This document shows, one piece after another, positions 19,200 through 29,269 of a stretch of 49,792 nt of DNA. Source of the stretch: an uncultured archaeon (lineage in GTDB: Archaea; Aenigmatarchaeota; Aenigmatarchaeia; QMZP01); contig CAZSLL010000006.1 in assembly GCA_964607835.1 (NCBI GenBank), forward strand, positions 20,003 through 69,794, given 5' to 3'. The first letter of the stretch is position 1. Every line of letters starts with the position of its first letter. Position numbers and translations under genes: made by a program. The notes beneath the pieces were generated by a model. That model was not told the origin of the DNA. It did not search any database and saw only the letters and a program-made list of their open reading frames with translations.

Positions 19200-20021
19200 A
19201 TGAGGCTTACATTTCTGGGCGTCGGAGGGGGGAGATGGGTTTTCCTCAAGCAGCTCAGGGGCTCAGGCGGATTCGTGCTCGAGCTGGCAGGCCAGAAGAT
19301 GCATGTTGACCCTGGCCCCGGAGCGCTGGTCAGGGCCAGGCAGTACAGGGTGAACCTCTGCAACCTCACGGCTGTGCTGGTTTCCCACCGGCACCAGGAC
19401 CATATGAACGACGCGATAGTGGCCATTGAGTCCATGACCAGGGGCGCCACAAGGAAGAACGGGGCGTTCGTCTCCACAAGGCTGGTCATAGATGGAGACA
19501 GGGAACATCCTCCCCTGCTCGACAGCTTCCACAGGAAGGTGCTTGACCAGCTGGAGGTGCTCTCAGAGGGCAAGAGCGTCAGGCTCGGCGAAGTTAGGGT
19601 CACTGGCATTCCCACAGAGCACGGGGAGATTGAGGGCCTTGGCTTCCTTTTCGAGGGAGAAGGCATGCGCATTGGATACACAGGGGACGGCGAGTACTAT
19701 AATGGAATGGAGAAGCACTACAATGACTGCAACTATCTCATTCTCAATGTCATGCGGCCGAGGACCGACACCTGGCCCGGGCACATGAACTCCATAATGG
19801 CCAGGGAGTTTCTCTCAAAGGCCAGGCCTAAGCAGGCCATCATGAACCATTTCGGCATGAAGATGATAAAGGGCGTGGCCGAGAGAGAAGCCTCCTGGAT
19901 ACAGGGCGAGACCGGTGTGAAGACCATGGCGGCGCGTGACGGAATGGTCATAGAGTCAGGAAAAAGCAGCGATGCCCCCCAGAAGAAGGTCAAGGGCTTC
20001 CTTAACGAGGACGGGGACTAG
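19200..20021 (+). CDS. MBL-fold metallo-hydrolase
   Basis: FLGVGGGR, DPGPG, SHRHQDH and YTGD motifs. Confidence 0.88.
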   Translation: MRLTFLGVGGGRWVFLKQLRGSGGFVLELAGQKMHVDPGPGALVRARQYRVNLCNLTAVLVSHRHQDHMNDAIVAIESMTRGATRKNGAFVSTRLVIDGDREHPPLLDSFHRKVLDQLEVLSEGKSVRLGEVRVTGIPTEHGEIEGLGFLFEGEGMRIGYTGDGEYYNGMEKHYNDCNYLILNVMRPRTDTWPGHMNSIMAREFLSKARPKQAIMNHFGMKMIKGVAEREASWIQGETGVKTMAARDGMVIESGKSSDAPQKKVKGFLNEDGD

Positions 20022-22441
20022 AACCTGAGCCTGTTCTTCTCAATAACCTGGGTGAAGACGAACACCCCTATGAGCATTATTGCGCCTATGCCTATTAGCA
20101 TGTAGTAGAAGAATGGGTCGCTATCGCTTCCGCACGGGCCGCAGCCCTCGTCAGTCTCGCCGTCGCAGTCGTCATCCAGCCCGTTGCAGCACACCTCTGC
20201 CTTTGGCTGGACCGCTCCCCTGCAGTCCCCCCACTCACCGTTCTCGCACTCCTGGATGCCGAACTCGCAGGCCCCCTCCTCGATTCCGCAGTTCCTGGTC
20301 CTTCCGGTATTGCAGCAGCCTGTCACCCCCTCGTCCACCCTTCCGTCGCAGTCATCGTCTATGTTGTTGCACCTCTCGGTCAGGGGCTCGTTCCCGTTGT
20401 AGCACTGGCACCTTGTCCCCTCTATGGAGGTTTTTCCGTAAACATCATCAATTATTCCGTTGCAGTCGTCATCCTTCCCGTTGCACTTCTCCTGCGAGGG
20501 CTCGCTTGCCCCAGAGCATGGCCCCCATGTACCGTCTATGCATATGCTGGTGCCGTCTTTGCACTGGCCGCAGGGCCTGGTGTCTCCCTCTATGCAGAGC
20601 GCTCCGCCCTCCTGGCACGGTGGCTGGGGCACGCCGTCCAGGACAAATCCCTCGTCCTCGTCTATCGCCCCGTCGCAGTCATCGTCCAGCATGTTGTTGC
20701 AGTACTCAGGGAGCTCGCCAGGATATATCCCGCTCTCAGGCTTGCATATTATCTCTGTGCCGTTGGGGTTGCAGACATAGGTTCCCTCGCACACGCTGCC
20801 CGGCCATGAGTTGCATGGCTGGCCCACGAGTTCACCCATGCCAGCTATGCCGTCATCAATTATTCCGTTGCAGTCGTCATCGAGCCCGTTGCACACCTCC
20901 TCTCTTCCCGGGTTCTGCAGGGGGTTTGTATCGTTGCAGTCACCGCTCTCCTGGCAGTACCCGTCTCCGTCCAGGTCGTCGCATATGAATATGGTTATGT
21001 TCTCCTCCCTGTAGACTTCGCTCCCCTCTGAAAGCACTGCCCTCAGGGTGTGCTTTCCCCTGTCAGAGCTCATGTCACTTATGCTTATTTCGAATGCAGA
21101 GAGGTCGATGGAGAAGCTCTCCTTCTGGGCAAGAATCCTCTTCGTGGCCTCGCCTGTGACTGAGAGCCTGCCCTGGGACACGCTGGAGGAGAGCTCTATG
21201 CCGTCCTCAGGGTCGCTGGTCTCCTCAGCGCCATATGAGACGTCGCTCTTGTCGCACAGGAGCTCCTGGCCCGGGGGGAGGGGGCATTCGGGGGGCTGCA
21301 GCCCTGACATGGACCCAAGCTCTGACACGGCAAAGCTCTCTGTGAAGGGGCTCCCGTAGACCGCTGAGGCAGGCGTCTGCTCCACGCTTCTGCTCCATTC
21401 CGTGCTGTTGGGAACCGAATAGCTGGTGTAGGCGCATACCAGGGGCCCGTTTGGCGGAAGGTAAGCTGCCAGGTATGTGGCGTCAGACTCATAATCCTTC
21501 AGAACTATCTCGCCTGTGGTGCCGTTCCACTCCACGTCAGTCCCCCTTTGCTGGTACTCTCTGACCACAGGCTCCTTGGTCTTGAACACCCCTCCAGAGG
21601 GCAGGCTGTAGAGACCAGGGCCCCCGAATCTCCTGAAACCCTCTGTCATGCTGTCGTCATCGAAAGGCAGTATGCTAACTCTGCAGTCAAAGCCGCTCAC
21701 ATAATCACTGCATGGGATGGATGGGCTCGCTATGGTCTGGAAGACCCAGCCGTCCTCCCATACAGTTCTCCCGCCGTATTCGCCGCTTCCGCAGGCCACC
21801 CTCATGGAGAGGTCAACCTCTTCCGGTGTTGGCGGGATTCTGGTAATGTCCCACTTCACGGTCCCAATGAGTGCGTGCTCCGGGATTCCGCCTGAGCCCA
21901 TGTCGTATATGAACTTCAGGCCTGTCTCTATGGGGTTGCCGTCAATCGTGGAGTACCTGGTGCCTGTGCTGGAAGACCAGTGGCATGGATAGGAATCGCT
22001 GTTCCCGCAGGCATCCTGGCATGACTCGCATATGTCAACGGGCGGCTCTCCGATGAAGCATGACTCGTTGCCGCAAAGCCCGCTCACCTGCACGCTGTAC
22101 CAGAACTCCTGCTCCGGGTACTCGTCCCACTTCACCTCACCGTCCGCGGTCAGGGCGTACCTGAATGTGATGTTACTGTATTCGTAGAGGGACTCGTTCT
22201 TGATGTACCTGTCAAGTGTTATTGCTGCCCTGGCTATGCTTTCCGTGTCCATGTAGAGGTGGAGCCAGGAGTCCTTTGATATGGGCTCTGTGTACCCCAC
22301 CGTGAGATTGGAGTCAAGGGTCTCTGCGCCCGGGCTGAAGGAATTTCCGGGCCCCTCCAGACTGATATCGATGGCAGCCCTGGCAGTCCCTAATATAAGC
22401 AATGCCACGAAAAGCGATGCAGACAGCGCCTTGAACCCCAT
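20018..22441 (-). CDS. Surface protein with repeated putative metal-binding (ExCNGLDDDC.G.ID) motifs
   Basis: Signal peptide, five CNxxDDDCxG-type repeats and a C-terminal TM. Confidence 0.8.
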   Translation of the reverse strand: MGFKALSASLFVALLILGTARAAIDISLEGPGNSFSPGAETLDSNLTVGYTEPISKDSWLHLYMDTESIARAAITLDRYIKNESLYEYSNITFRYALTADGEVKWDEYPEQEFWYSVQVSGLCGNESCFIGEPPVDICESCQDACGNSDSYPCHWSSSTGTRYSTIDGNPIETGLKFIYDMGSGGIPEHALIGTVKWDITRIPPTPEEVDLSMRVACGSGEYGGRTVWEDGWVFQTIASPSIPCSDYVSGFDCRVSILPFDDDSMTEGFRRFGGPGLYSLPSGGVFKTKEPVVREYQQRGTDVEWNGTTGEIVLKDYESDATYLAAYLPPNGPLVCAYTSYSVPNSTEWSRSVEQTPASAVYGSPFTESFAVSELGSMSGLQPPECPLPPGQELLCDKSDVSYGAEETSDPEDGIELSSSVSQGRLSVTGEATKRILAQKESFSIDLSAFEISISDMSSDRGKHTLRAVLSEGSEVYREENITIFICDDLDGDGYCQESGDCNDTNPLQNPGREEVCNGLDDDCNGIIDDGIAGMGELVGQPCNSWPGSVCEGTYVCNPNGTEIICKPESGIYPGELPEYCNNMLDDDCDGAIDEDEGFVLDGVPQPPCQEGGALCIEGDTRPCGQCKDGTSICIDGTWGPCSGASEPSQEKCNGKDDDCNGIIDDVYGKTSIEGTRCQCYNGNEPLTERCNNIDDDCDGRVDEGVTGCCNTGRTRNCGIEEGACEFGIQECENGEWGDCRGAVQPKAEVCCNGLDDDCDGETDEGCGPCGSDSDPFFYYMLIGIGAIMLIGVFVFTQVIEKNRLRF

Positions 22442-22737
22442 GTTAGAATCTTTGTTGGCCTGCTAAATAAAGCTTCCTTATAAGTTAAAAGCTAATCGAT
22501 AAAGGCATTAACCGTTAAGCAGTCTATAAATTTATAGACAAAAAACAGAAAAAGCGCAAAATATAATGTTCATAAGGGCATGTCAAAGTTTCACACTGTT
22601 TCTGGGTTTAGCTTTGATGCTGGCGGCGTTAGGGAATATCTTTGCATGCTGGGTGGCTCCAGGGGTTCCCTGCATCTGGGGCAAGGCTTAAATATAGGCT
22701 GTTTATACTATAGTCTGCGCGACGGGTTGCGGAGAAG

Positions 22738-22884
22738 GATATAACGGTGTTATATTCCCTGCTACCTCATACCGCCCGGATACAAAGCAATGCGTTTAGA
22801 TATAACGGTGTTATATCTTTCCGTGAAGATAACCTCTCGCGCTGGAGCACAGGGGCATGCCGTTCGATATAACGGTGTTATATC
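22738..22884. repeat. Three copies of palindromic GATATAAC-GGT-GTTATAT(C) upstream of lhr
   Basis: Copies start at 22738, 22799 and 22866, separated by unrelated 42 and 48 bp segments. Confidence 0.9.
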
Positions 22885-22911
22885 TTTGCCTCTCTTCCCG
22901 CAGGTGACATA

Positions 22912-25900
22912 ATGCCCAAGAAGAAAACCAACACAGTGTTCACCAGCCTCCACCCTGACCTGGAGAAGCTGGTGAGGAAGAGATTCGATGAGCCCACTCC
23001 TATCCAGGAAGCTGTTATACCGGAGATACTGGCAGGAAGGAATGTTCTCAGCCTGTCCGAGACCGGCTCGGGAAAGACAGAAGCCTGCATGCTTCCCGTA
23101 TTCAGCCTCTGGCTCCATAAGCCCCGCAAGCCCATATCCATACTCTACATCACTCCTCTCAGGGCCCTTAACAGGAACCTCATGGAAAGGGTCATGTGGT
23201 GGTCCAGCCAGCTGGACATTGACGCCTCTGTCCGGCACGGGGACACCACCCAGCACGAGCGCAGGCTCCAGGTGGAGAACCCCCCTGACATGCTAATCTC
23301 GACCCCTGAGACCCTGCAGGCCATTCTGACAGGCAAGCTCATGCGGGAGAACCTCCGCAACATCCGCTACATCATCATTGACGAGGTCCACGAGCTCGTT
23401 CCCAACAAGCGGGGCCTCCAGCTTGCCGTGGGCCTTGAGCGCCTGAAGGAGCTCATACACATGGGCGGGAACCCGCCTCCCCAGGTAATCGCCCTCTCGG
23501 CCACTGTGGGCACCCCTGAAAAGGTCGCGGAATTCTATAACCTCGGCACGCCTGCGAAGTCTGACTCTGGCAAGACACAGAAGTCAGCAGGCACGCCTGC
23601 ACATTCCGGGCCCCATAACCCAGAGAGCCCGGCAGACACGCCTGCACAATCTGACCCTGGCAAGACACAGAAGTCAGCAGGCACGCCTGCACATTCCGGG
23701 CCCCACAACCCAGAGAGCCCGGCAGACACGCCTGCACAATCAGGCGCGAACAGTGCCCAGCCCGTGTGCAGCATCATCAACACGGTCAAGACCAGGAAGG
23801 CCTCCCTGAAGGTTGAGTCCCCGCGACCGGGAAAGCGGGACCGAGAGGCAGCCTCCCTGCTCAAGGTGTCCCCTGACATCGCCGCCAGGCTCCAGATGAT
23901 AAGGGAGCTCATAAAGTCCAAGCGCTCCACCCTCTCCTTCACCAACACCAGGGAGTTCGCTGAGATACTGTCCAGCAGGCTCAAAACCCTTGACCCAAAG
24001 CTCCCTGTTGAGACCCACCACTCCTCGCTATCCAAGGACGTGAGGGTTGCGGCAGAGGACGGATTCCGGAGCGAGAGCATAAAGTCACTGATATGCACGT
24101 CCAGCCTGGAGCTGGGCATTGACATAGGCTCCATCGACCTTGTCCTGCAGTACCAGTCCCCGAGGCAGGTGGGCAAGTTCCTGCAGAGGGTGGGCCGCTC
24201 CGGCCACAAGCTCTCGAAGGTATCTGACGGCATACTCATAGCAGGCGACCAGGGCGACTGCTTCGAGTCCTCTGTGATAGCAGACCTCGCCCTGAAGGGA
24301 TGGGTGGAGCCCACCAGGCCCTACGGCATGTCCTGGGACGTGCTGGCCCTCCAGACCCTTGGCCTGGCACTGGAGGAGTACAAAATCCCTGCCAAGAAGG
24401 CGCATGAGATAATTACCCGCGCCCAGCCCTTCAGGGAAGTGACATACGAGGAGTTCATGGAGGTGTGCATGCTCCTCCAGAAGCTCAGGCTCATATGGGT
24501 GGACATCAAGTACTCAGAGACCGGGGAACCCCTTCTCAAGAGGCGGTCCAGGGCATTCGAGCACTACTACTTCAATCTGTCCACCATACCTGACATCAGG
24601 AATTACAGGGTTATAGATAACCTCACCAACAAGCATGTGGGCACCCTGGACGCGGAGTTCATAGCCCTCCACGGAACCCCCAATACCTCTTTCATCGTGA
24701 AGGGCCAGGCATGGAGAATCCTGGACGTGGGCAAGACCCGTGTCCTGGTTGAGCCCATCTCGGGCATAGAGGCAGCCATACCCGCATGGGAGGGCGAGCT
24801 CATCCCTGTCCCCTACGAAATCGCCCAGGCAGTGGCCGCCCTCAGGGAAGAAATAGCAGAGCTCCAAGACTCAAAGCCCAAAGCCGAGACCATAAGGGCC
24901 CTCCAGAGGAAATACCCCATTACAGCAGACGTTGCTAAGAAGCTCTATTCCCTCGTCCAGACCCAGCTGAAGAGCGGCTTCCTTCCCACAAGGAAGAGGA
25001 TTCTCATCGAGCACTCCTCAGGGGAGGAGGGCACATGGCTAATATTCCACACCTCCTGGGGCTCCCTGATAAATGACACCGTGGGCCGTGCACTTTCCCA
25101 CACCCTTACCCAGAGGATGGGCTCTGTTGGCCTGCAGACAGACCCCTACAGGATAATGCTCCGCCTCCAGGGGCTCTCTGACTGGAAGGAGGCCCTGGCC
25201 GCATTCAGGCGCATGAAGCCTGACGAGCTCGAGAAGACCATACTGGAGTCCCTGCCAGGAGGGGAGCTGTTCAACTGGCGCTTCATACACGTGTGCAAGC
25301 GCTTCGGCATAATCAGGAGGGACGCTGACTTCGGCAAGGGCTACATCCGCAAGATAGCAGAGGTCTACCACGGCACCCCTCCCTACCAGGAGGCCATAAA
25401 CGAGGCCCTCCACGACAAGCTCGACCTGGATGGGGCCAAGAGTGTCCTTGAATCCCTGCAGTCCGGAGACCTGAAGCTGGAAATCCGCCGCGGGCTCTCC
25501 CCACTGGGGGAGGCAGGTGTCAGCAGGAAGTACGAGATACTGGCCCCGCTCAAGCCCGAGAAGGAGATATTCTCCATATTCAGGAACCGGTTACTGGACA
25601 CCCGGCTTGGCCTGGTGTGCACAAACTGCGGCAAGTGGGCCACCATAACCTCTGCAAGGGATGTCCCCGAGCGACCCCACTGCCCCTACTGCGAGTCCAT
25701 GATGGTGGCAGTTGTGCCGAGCAAGTATCTCATCGAGGCCCAGGAAATAGTTAAGAAGCGGAACAGCGGAAAGCTCACGGTCGAGGAGAACGGTCACCTC
25801 GAGTACATGCTCAAGAGCGCTGCCCTGGTCTCCTCCTCAGGCGGCCGGGCAGCCGTGGCCCTGGCCGGAAGGGGAGTTGGCCCTGCCACAGCAGGCAGAA

Positions 25901-25992
25901 TCCTCAGCAGGATGCTTAAGGGAGATGAGTTCCTTCAGGAAATCCTCAAGGCAGAGCGCAACTTCGCCAAGACCAAGCGGTTCTGGAAATAA
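22912..25992 (+). CDS. lhr: Lhr-family DEAD/DEAH-box helicase with C-terminal Zn finger
   Basis: ETGSGKT, DEVH, SAT, LELGID and QRVGRSGH motifs. C-terminal CTNC/CPYC and GRGVGP. Confidence 0.93.
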   Translation: MPKKKTNTVFTSLHPDLEKLVRKRFDEPTPIQEAVIPEILAGRNVLSLSETGSGKTEACMLPVFSLWLHKPRKPISILYITPLRALNRNLMERVMWWSSQLDIDASVRHGDTTQHERRLQVENPPDMLISTPETLQAILTGKLMRENLRNIRYIIIDEVHELVPNKRGLQLAVGLERLKELIHMGGNPPPQVIALSATVGTPEKVAEFYNLGTPAKSDSGKTQKSAGTPAHSGPHNPESPADTPAQSDPGKTQKSAGTPAHSGPHNPESPADTPAQSGANSAQPVCSIINTVKTRKASLKVESPRPGKRDREAASLLKVSPDIAARLQMIRELIKSKRSTLSFTNTREFAEILSSRLKTLDPKLPVETHHSSLSKDVRVAAEDGFRSESIKSLICTSSLELGIDIGSIDLVLQYQSPRQVGKFLQRVGRSGHKLSKVSDGILIAGDQGDCFESSVIADLALKGWVEPTRPYGMSWDVLALQTLGLALEEYKIPAKKAHEIITRAQPFREVTYEEFMEVCMLLQKLRLIWVDIKYSETGEPLLKRRSRAFEHYYFNLSTIPDIRNYRVIDNLTNKHVGTLDAEFIALHGTPNTSFIVKGQAWRILDVGKTRVLVEPISGIEAAIPAWEGELIPVPYEIAQAVAALREEIAELQDSKPKAETIRALQRKYPITADVAKKLYSLVQTQLKSGFLPTRKRILIEHSSGEEGTWLIFHTSWGSLINDTVGRALSHTLTQRMGSVGLQTDPYRIMLRLQGLSDWKEALAAFRRMKPDELEKTILESLPGGELFNWRFIHVCKRFGIIRRDADFGKGYIRKIAEVYHGTPPYQEAINEALHDKLDLDGAKSVLESLQSGDLKLEIRRGLSPLGEAGVSRKYEILAPLKPEKEIFSIFRNRLLDTRLGLVCTNCGKWATITSARDVPERPHCPYCESMMVAVVPSKYLIEAQEIVKKRNSGKLTVEENGHLEYMLKSAALVSSSGGRAAVALAGRGVGPATAGRILSRMLKGDEFLQEILKAERNFAKTKRFWK
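23545..23741 (+). repeat. In-frame tandem repeat (90-bp unit x2+, 45-bp sub-period) inside lhr
   Basis: G(G/A)CACGCCTGC core recurs every 45 bp. Encodes ..GKTQKSAGTPAHSGPHNPESPADTPAQS.. twice. Confidence 0.92.
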
Positions 25993-26148
25993 TCCTTCAA
26001 TACCCGACCGGGACAACTAACACATCAGGCCCAGGTCCTTGAGAAGACTATGAGGAATCATGCACAGACTCGCATGCAGGGTGGTCTGGTGAAGCTGCAG
26101 CCGGACAGTTTCGGGTGTATTATTAATAATAAATATTCTGATAGAATT

Positions 26149-26910
26149 ATGGAGATGCCCATGGAAGGAAAGGATATCAAGAAGCTAGTGAAGAAAAGGT
26201 ACAATGAGATTGCAGAGGCTGGTTCTGCATCCTGCTGCTCATGCAGCTGCGGAAAGGACAATGAGCAGTTGTCAAAATCTATCGGCTACTCGGATGATGA
26301 AGTAAAGGGCGTTCCTGAAGCAAACCTGGGACTTGGCTGCGGAAACCCCACTGCCCTTGGGGAGATAAAGGAAGGTGATGTTGTAGTGGATCTGGGCTCC
26401 GGCGCTGGAATTGACTGCTTTCTGGCTTCCAGGAAGGTCGGTTCCATGGGGAAAGTAATCGGAATCGATATGACAGATGAAATGATAAAGAAATCAAGGG
26501 AAATAGCATCCAGCAAGGGTTATGAGAACGTCGAATTCAGGCCGGGCGAGATAGAAGACCTCCCGGTCGAAGACGAATCCGTTGATGTCATTATCAGCAA
26601 CTGTGTCATCAACCTCTCCCCTGACAAGGAAAAAGTGTTCAGGGAATCCTTCAGGGTATTGAAGAAAGGCGGGAGGATGTATGTCTCTGATATGGTTCTA
26701 TTGGAGGAGCTGACCAAGGAACAGAGGGCAGACGAGGAACTGATATCAGGATGCGTGGGAGGAGCCCTGCTGAGGGATGAGTATCTAAGGATTGTAAGAG
26801 AAGCTGGCTTTGGTGTCAGGGTCCTCTCAGAAGACAGGGAAATAAGCAAGAGGCAATATGCAGGCCTTCCCGTTCAGAGCCTGAGGATTGAAGCAATCAA
26901 GAACGTGTAA
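26149..26910 (+). CDS. arsM: Arsenite methyltransferase
   Basis: Cys-rich N-terminus (SCCSCSC), [27 protein letters not shown] and GCVGGA motifs. Confidence 0.9.
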   Translation: MEMPMEGKDIKKLVKKRYNEIAEAGSASCCSCSCGKDNEQLSKSIGYSDDEVKGVPEANLGLGCGNPTALGEIKEGDVVVDLGSGAGIDCFLASRKVGSMGKVIGIDMTDEMIKKSREIASSKGYENVEFRPGEIEDLPVEDESVDVIISNCVINLSPDKEKVFRESFRVLKKGGRMYVSDMVLLEELTKEQRADEELISGCVGGALLRDEYLRIVREAGFGVRVLSEDREISKRQYAGLPVQSLRIEAIKNV

Positions 26911-27059
26911 GCCAGCCTGGAAATAATTACAGGAGCCTCCGCTTCCCCAACACACTGCCGTCGGCAGGCTCTTGCTTTCATTAGTATGCTTGAGTCAATG
27001 CTTCCTGTAAACATCAGCTACTTCATATGGCCAACATTCTGCGAAATTACGCGCCTGGC

Positions 27060-27809
27060 TCATACCTCCCCGAGCTTCCCCAGATAGGTCCCGTCCAGCA
27101 TGTACAGTCCGGCTTTCTCCCTTTCTGATGCCCTGAACAGCGGCCCCGGGCCCTTGCCCTTCTCAGTTACCCTTCTGCTGTTCAGGCCCACGAACCCTGT
27201 CAGCTCGCTCACTGGCGGAAGGAGAATCATTTCCGGCAGGCTTTCCGGCAAACCGGGATACCTCTCACCCAGCCTGTCCCTGTCGAACTCTCCCCTTATT
27301 ATGACGGGCTCCACCCATCTGTAGCCCAGCCTGTCCCTGAACTCGAACCCCGCGTGGTTGTGGCCCAGCACGATTGTCTCGCACTCCAGGAACTCCTCCG
27401 GCGGCCAGGCATGCCCGTGGCAGAGCCAGGCCTTCCCCAGCCTGAATCCTGTTGCAGGGTGCAGCGCTGCCCCCTCGGGGAGCAGGTTACCCAGCCCGTC
27501 ATCATGGTTTCCCGGGCAGACCTCCACCTCAGCCGCCTCCAGCAGCCTCCTGAAGAACGCTGGTATCTCCCTCTCCTCCTGGAAGCTCGTGCCAGGCACC
27601 TTGTGCTTGACGTCCCCCAGGATGACAATCCTCTTTGCCCTGGCCTTCTTAACCAGCCCCTCAAGCCTTTCCAGCAGCTTCCCTGACTGGCTGGGCACGG
27701 TTATCCCCTTCCTCCTGTAGCGGTGCTCTATCCCTATGTGCAGGTCTGCCACCACCACCGTGCTCCCAATCCTGAGTGCCGGCTCCCCTGTAACGAACCT
27801 CGGTTCCAT
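27060..27809 (-). CDS. Calcineurin-like metallophosphoesterase (Lhr-associated MPE type)
   Basis: ADLHIG, LGDVKH, GNHD, HGH and GHNH motifs. Confidence 0.88.
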   Translation of the reverse strand: MEPRFVTGEPALRIGSTVVVADLHIGIEHRYRRKGITVPSQSGKLLERLEGLVKKARAKRIVILGDVKHKVPGTSFQEEREIPAFFRRLLEAAEVEVCPGNHDDGLGNLLPEGAALHPATGFRLGKAWLCHGHAWPPEEFLECETIVLGHNHAGFEFRDRLGYRWVEPVIIRGEFDRDRLGERYPGLPESLPEMILLPPVSELTGFVGLNSRRVTEKGKGPGPLFRASEREKAGLYMLDGTYLGKLGEV

Positions 27810-27873
27810 GCCAAGGATTTGGTAAACCGCTTAAAAGCCTTAACTCCAATAATGGTGAAAGGTGCATAGAGCG

Positions 27874-28413
27874 ATGGGAGAGAGTTACATAATAACAGAC
27901 CGGGCATACATTGATGACTTCGAGCTTCTGACCTATGATGCCCTGAGAAATGCCAGCAACTCTCACCAAAGGATGTCCTGGATAATGGACTCCTCCCCTT
28001 TCTTTGACAATGACTCCCTTGAATTCTGGAGGATTTACAAGGACTCCACATCAGACCTCCCAGAGGAATACATGAGGGAGGAGAGAAGGCTCTTCCTCAT
28101 GCGCCCCTATTTCGTTGCCAGGAAAGATGACAGAGTTGCAGGGGGCATATGGCTCGCTGACATGGAGAGAGTAAGAGGAGAAGCCATCCAGCATTTTCAC
28201 CTTGCCGTTGACGAGTCTATGCGCCGGAACGGGGCAGGAAATGCTCTCCTCAGCATGATGGAAAGGGAGCTGGGGCCTGCTTGCGACGGATTCTCGTGCG
28301 AGTGGGAAGCAAGGCGCGAAGAGGGACAGCTTGACTTCTTCTCCAGGAAAGGTTATGATGTGAAGAAAGGCCGGGTCATCAACTCAGCCTTCAAAGCAGA
28401 AGCCCTGATATGA
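27874..28413 (+). CDS. GNAT family N-acetyltransferase
   Basis: LAVDESMRRNGAGNALL (motif A) and FFSRKGY. Confidence 0.75.
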   Translation: MGESYIITDRAYIDDFELLTYDALRNASNSHQRMSWIMDSSPFFDNDSLEFWRIYKDSTSDLPEEYMREERRLFLMRPYFVARKDDRVAGGIWLADMERVRGEAIQHFHLAVDESMRRNGAGNALLSMMERELGPACDGFSCEWEARREEGQLDFFSRKGYDVKKGRVINSAFKAEALI

Positions 28414-29197
28414 CAGCCAGCACCCCGAAAACAAGCACGAAATACCCGAAGTTCATTCTCCCGGAGACCTTGATCAGGGTGTGTATTGTCGCGAATCCCA
28501 GAAGGAAGGATGCCCCCAGACCCGCAAGCTCAGGAACGCCCACAGCAAACCCCTCCATGTTCAGGGCGATGTTCCCGAGCAGGACAGCAGGAAGGCTCAT
28601 GAGGAAGCTCAGCCTCAGTGCATGGGTCTTGTCGAACCCCCTGAGCAGGAATGCTGCCACTGTGGTGCCTGACCTCGATACTCCAGGAAGGATGGCAAGC
28701 CCCTGGGCCACTCCCTGGATAATGCCTTCACCTGCCTTCAAATCACCAGGACCCTTGTTCCCGGCCTTGCCTGCAGAGAGCTGCAGCCCCGCTGTGACCA
28801 GCAGGAGGGCGCCAATCAGCACCATCACAGCCCTGCCCGAGAAAGCCCCCAGGGATTCCAGCCCGGAAATGCCCTGCAGCAATGAGAACCCAATAGCACC
28901 GCTCACCAGGGTGGCCACCACCAGGAACCTTATGGTCACTCTGTCCTCATCCGGGGCAGAACCGGAGGAAAGGAGCGAGCGAAAGAGCCTTATGACATCC
29001 CCCCTCAGGTAAACGAGCGCAGCCAGGAATGTTCCAAGGTGCAGGAACAGCGCCTGCCTCACCAGGTCGCTCACCGACCCCCCTCCGAAGAGCCCTGCCT
29101 TGGCCAGGACTATGAAGCCCTCAGAGCTTACAGGCAGCCACTCCGTGACTCCCTGTATGGCCCCCAGTATCAGGTACTCGAGCAACAATGCGTCCAT
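28391..29197 (-). CDS. uppP: Undecaprenyl-diphosphate phosphatase (BacA/UppP family)
   Basis: QGVTEWLPVSSEG, HLGT and PGVSRSGTT motifs. Confidence 0.9.
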   Translation of the reverse strand: MDALLLEYLILGAIQGVTEWLPVSSEGFIVLAKAGLFGGGSVSDLVRQALFLHLGTFLAALVYLRGDVIRLFRSLLSSGSAPDEDRVTIRFLVVATLVSGAIGFSLLQGISGLESLGAFSGRAVMVLIGALLLVTAGLQLSAGKAGNKGPGDLKAGEGIIQGVAQGLAILPGVSRSGTTVAAFLLRGFDKTHALRLSFLMSLPAVLLGNIALNMEGFAVGVPELAGLGASFLLGFATIHTLIKVSGRMNFGYFVLVFGVLAVISGLLL

Positions 29198-29269
29198 TGG
29201 GAATAACTTGCCTCCGGGGCTAATAAATCCGCGGGTTTCCTTCTTATAATTTCCCCACCATTACTCTTC

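Noticed and set aside
20080-20988. 302-aa plus-strand ORF and many similar antisense/alternate-frame ORFs across GC-rich genes
   Set aside because: Shadow ORFs caused by high GC3. Arg/Ser/Pro-rich with no motifs, and opposite well-supported genes.
22738-22884. CRISPR array
   Set aside because: Only three 19-bp repeats, uneven spacers and no cas genes in the window. Kept as a repeat/operator finding.
23545-23741. Intein or mRNA intron in lhr
   Set aside because: No C/S...HN intein ends and no BHB. The insert is a simple in-frame tandem repeat.
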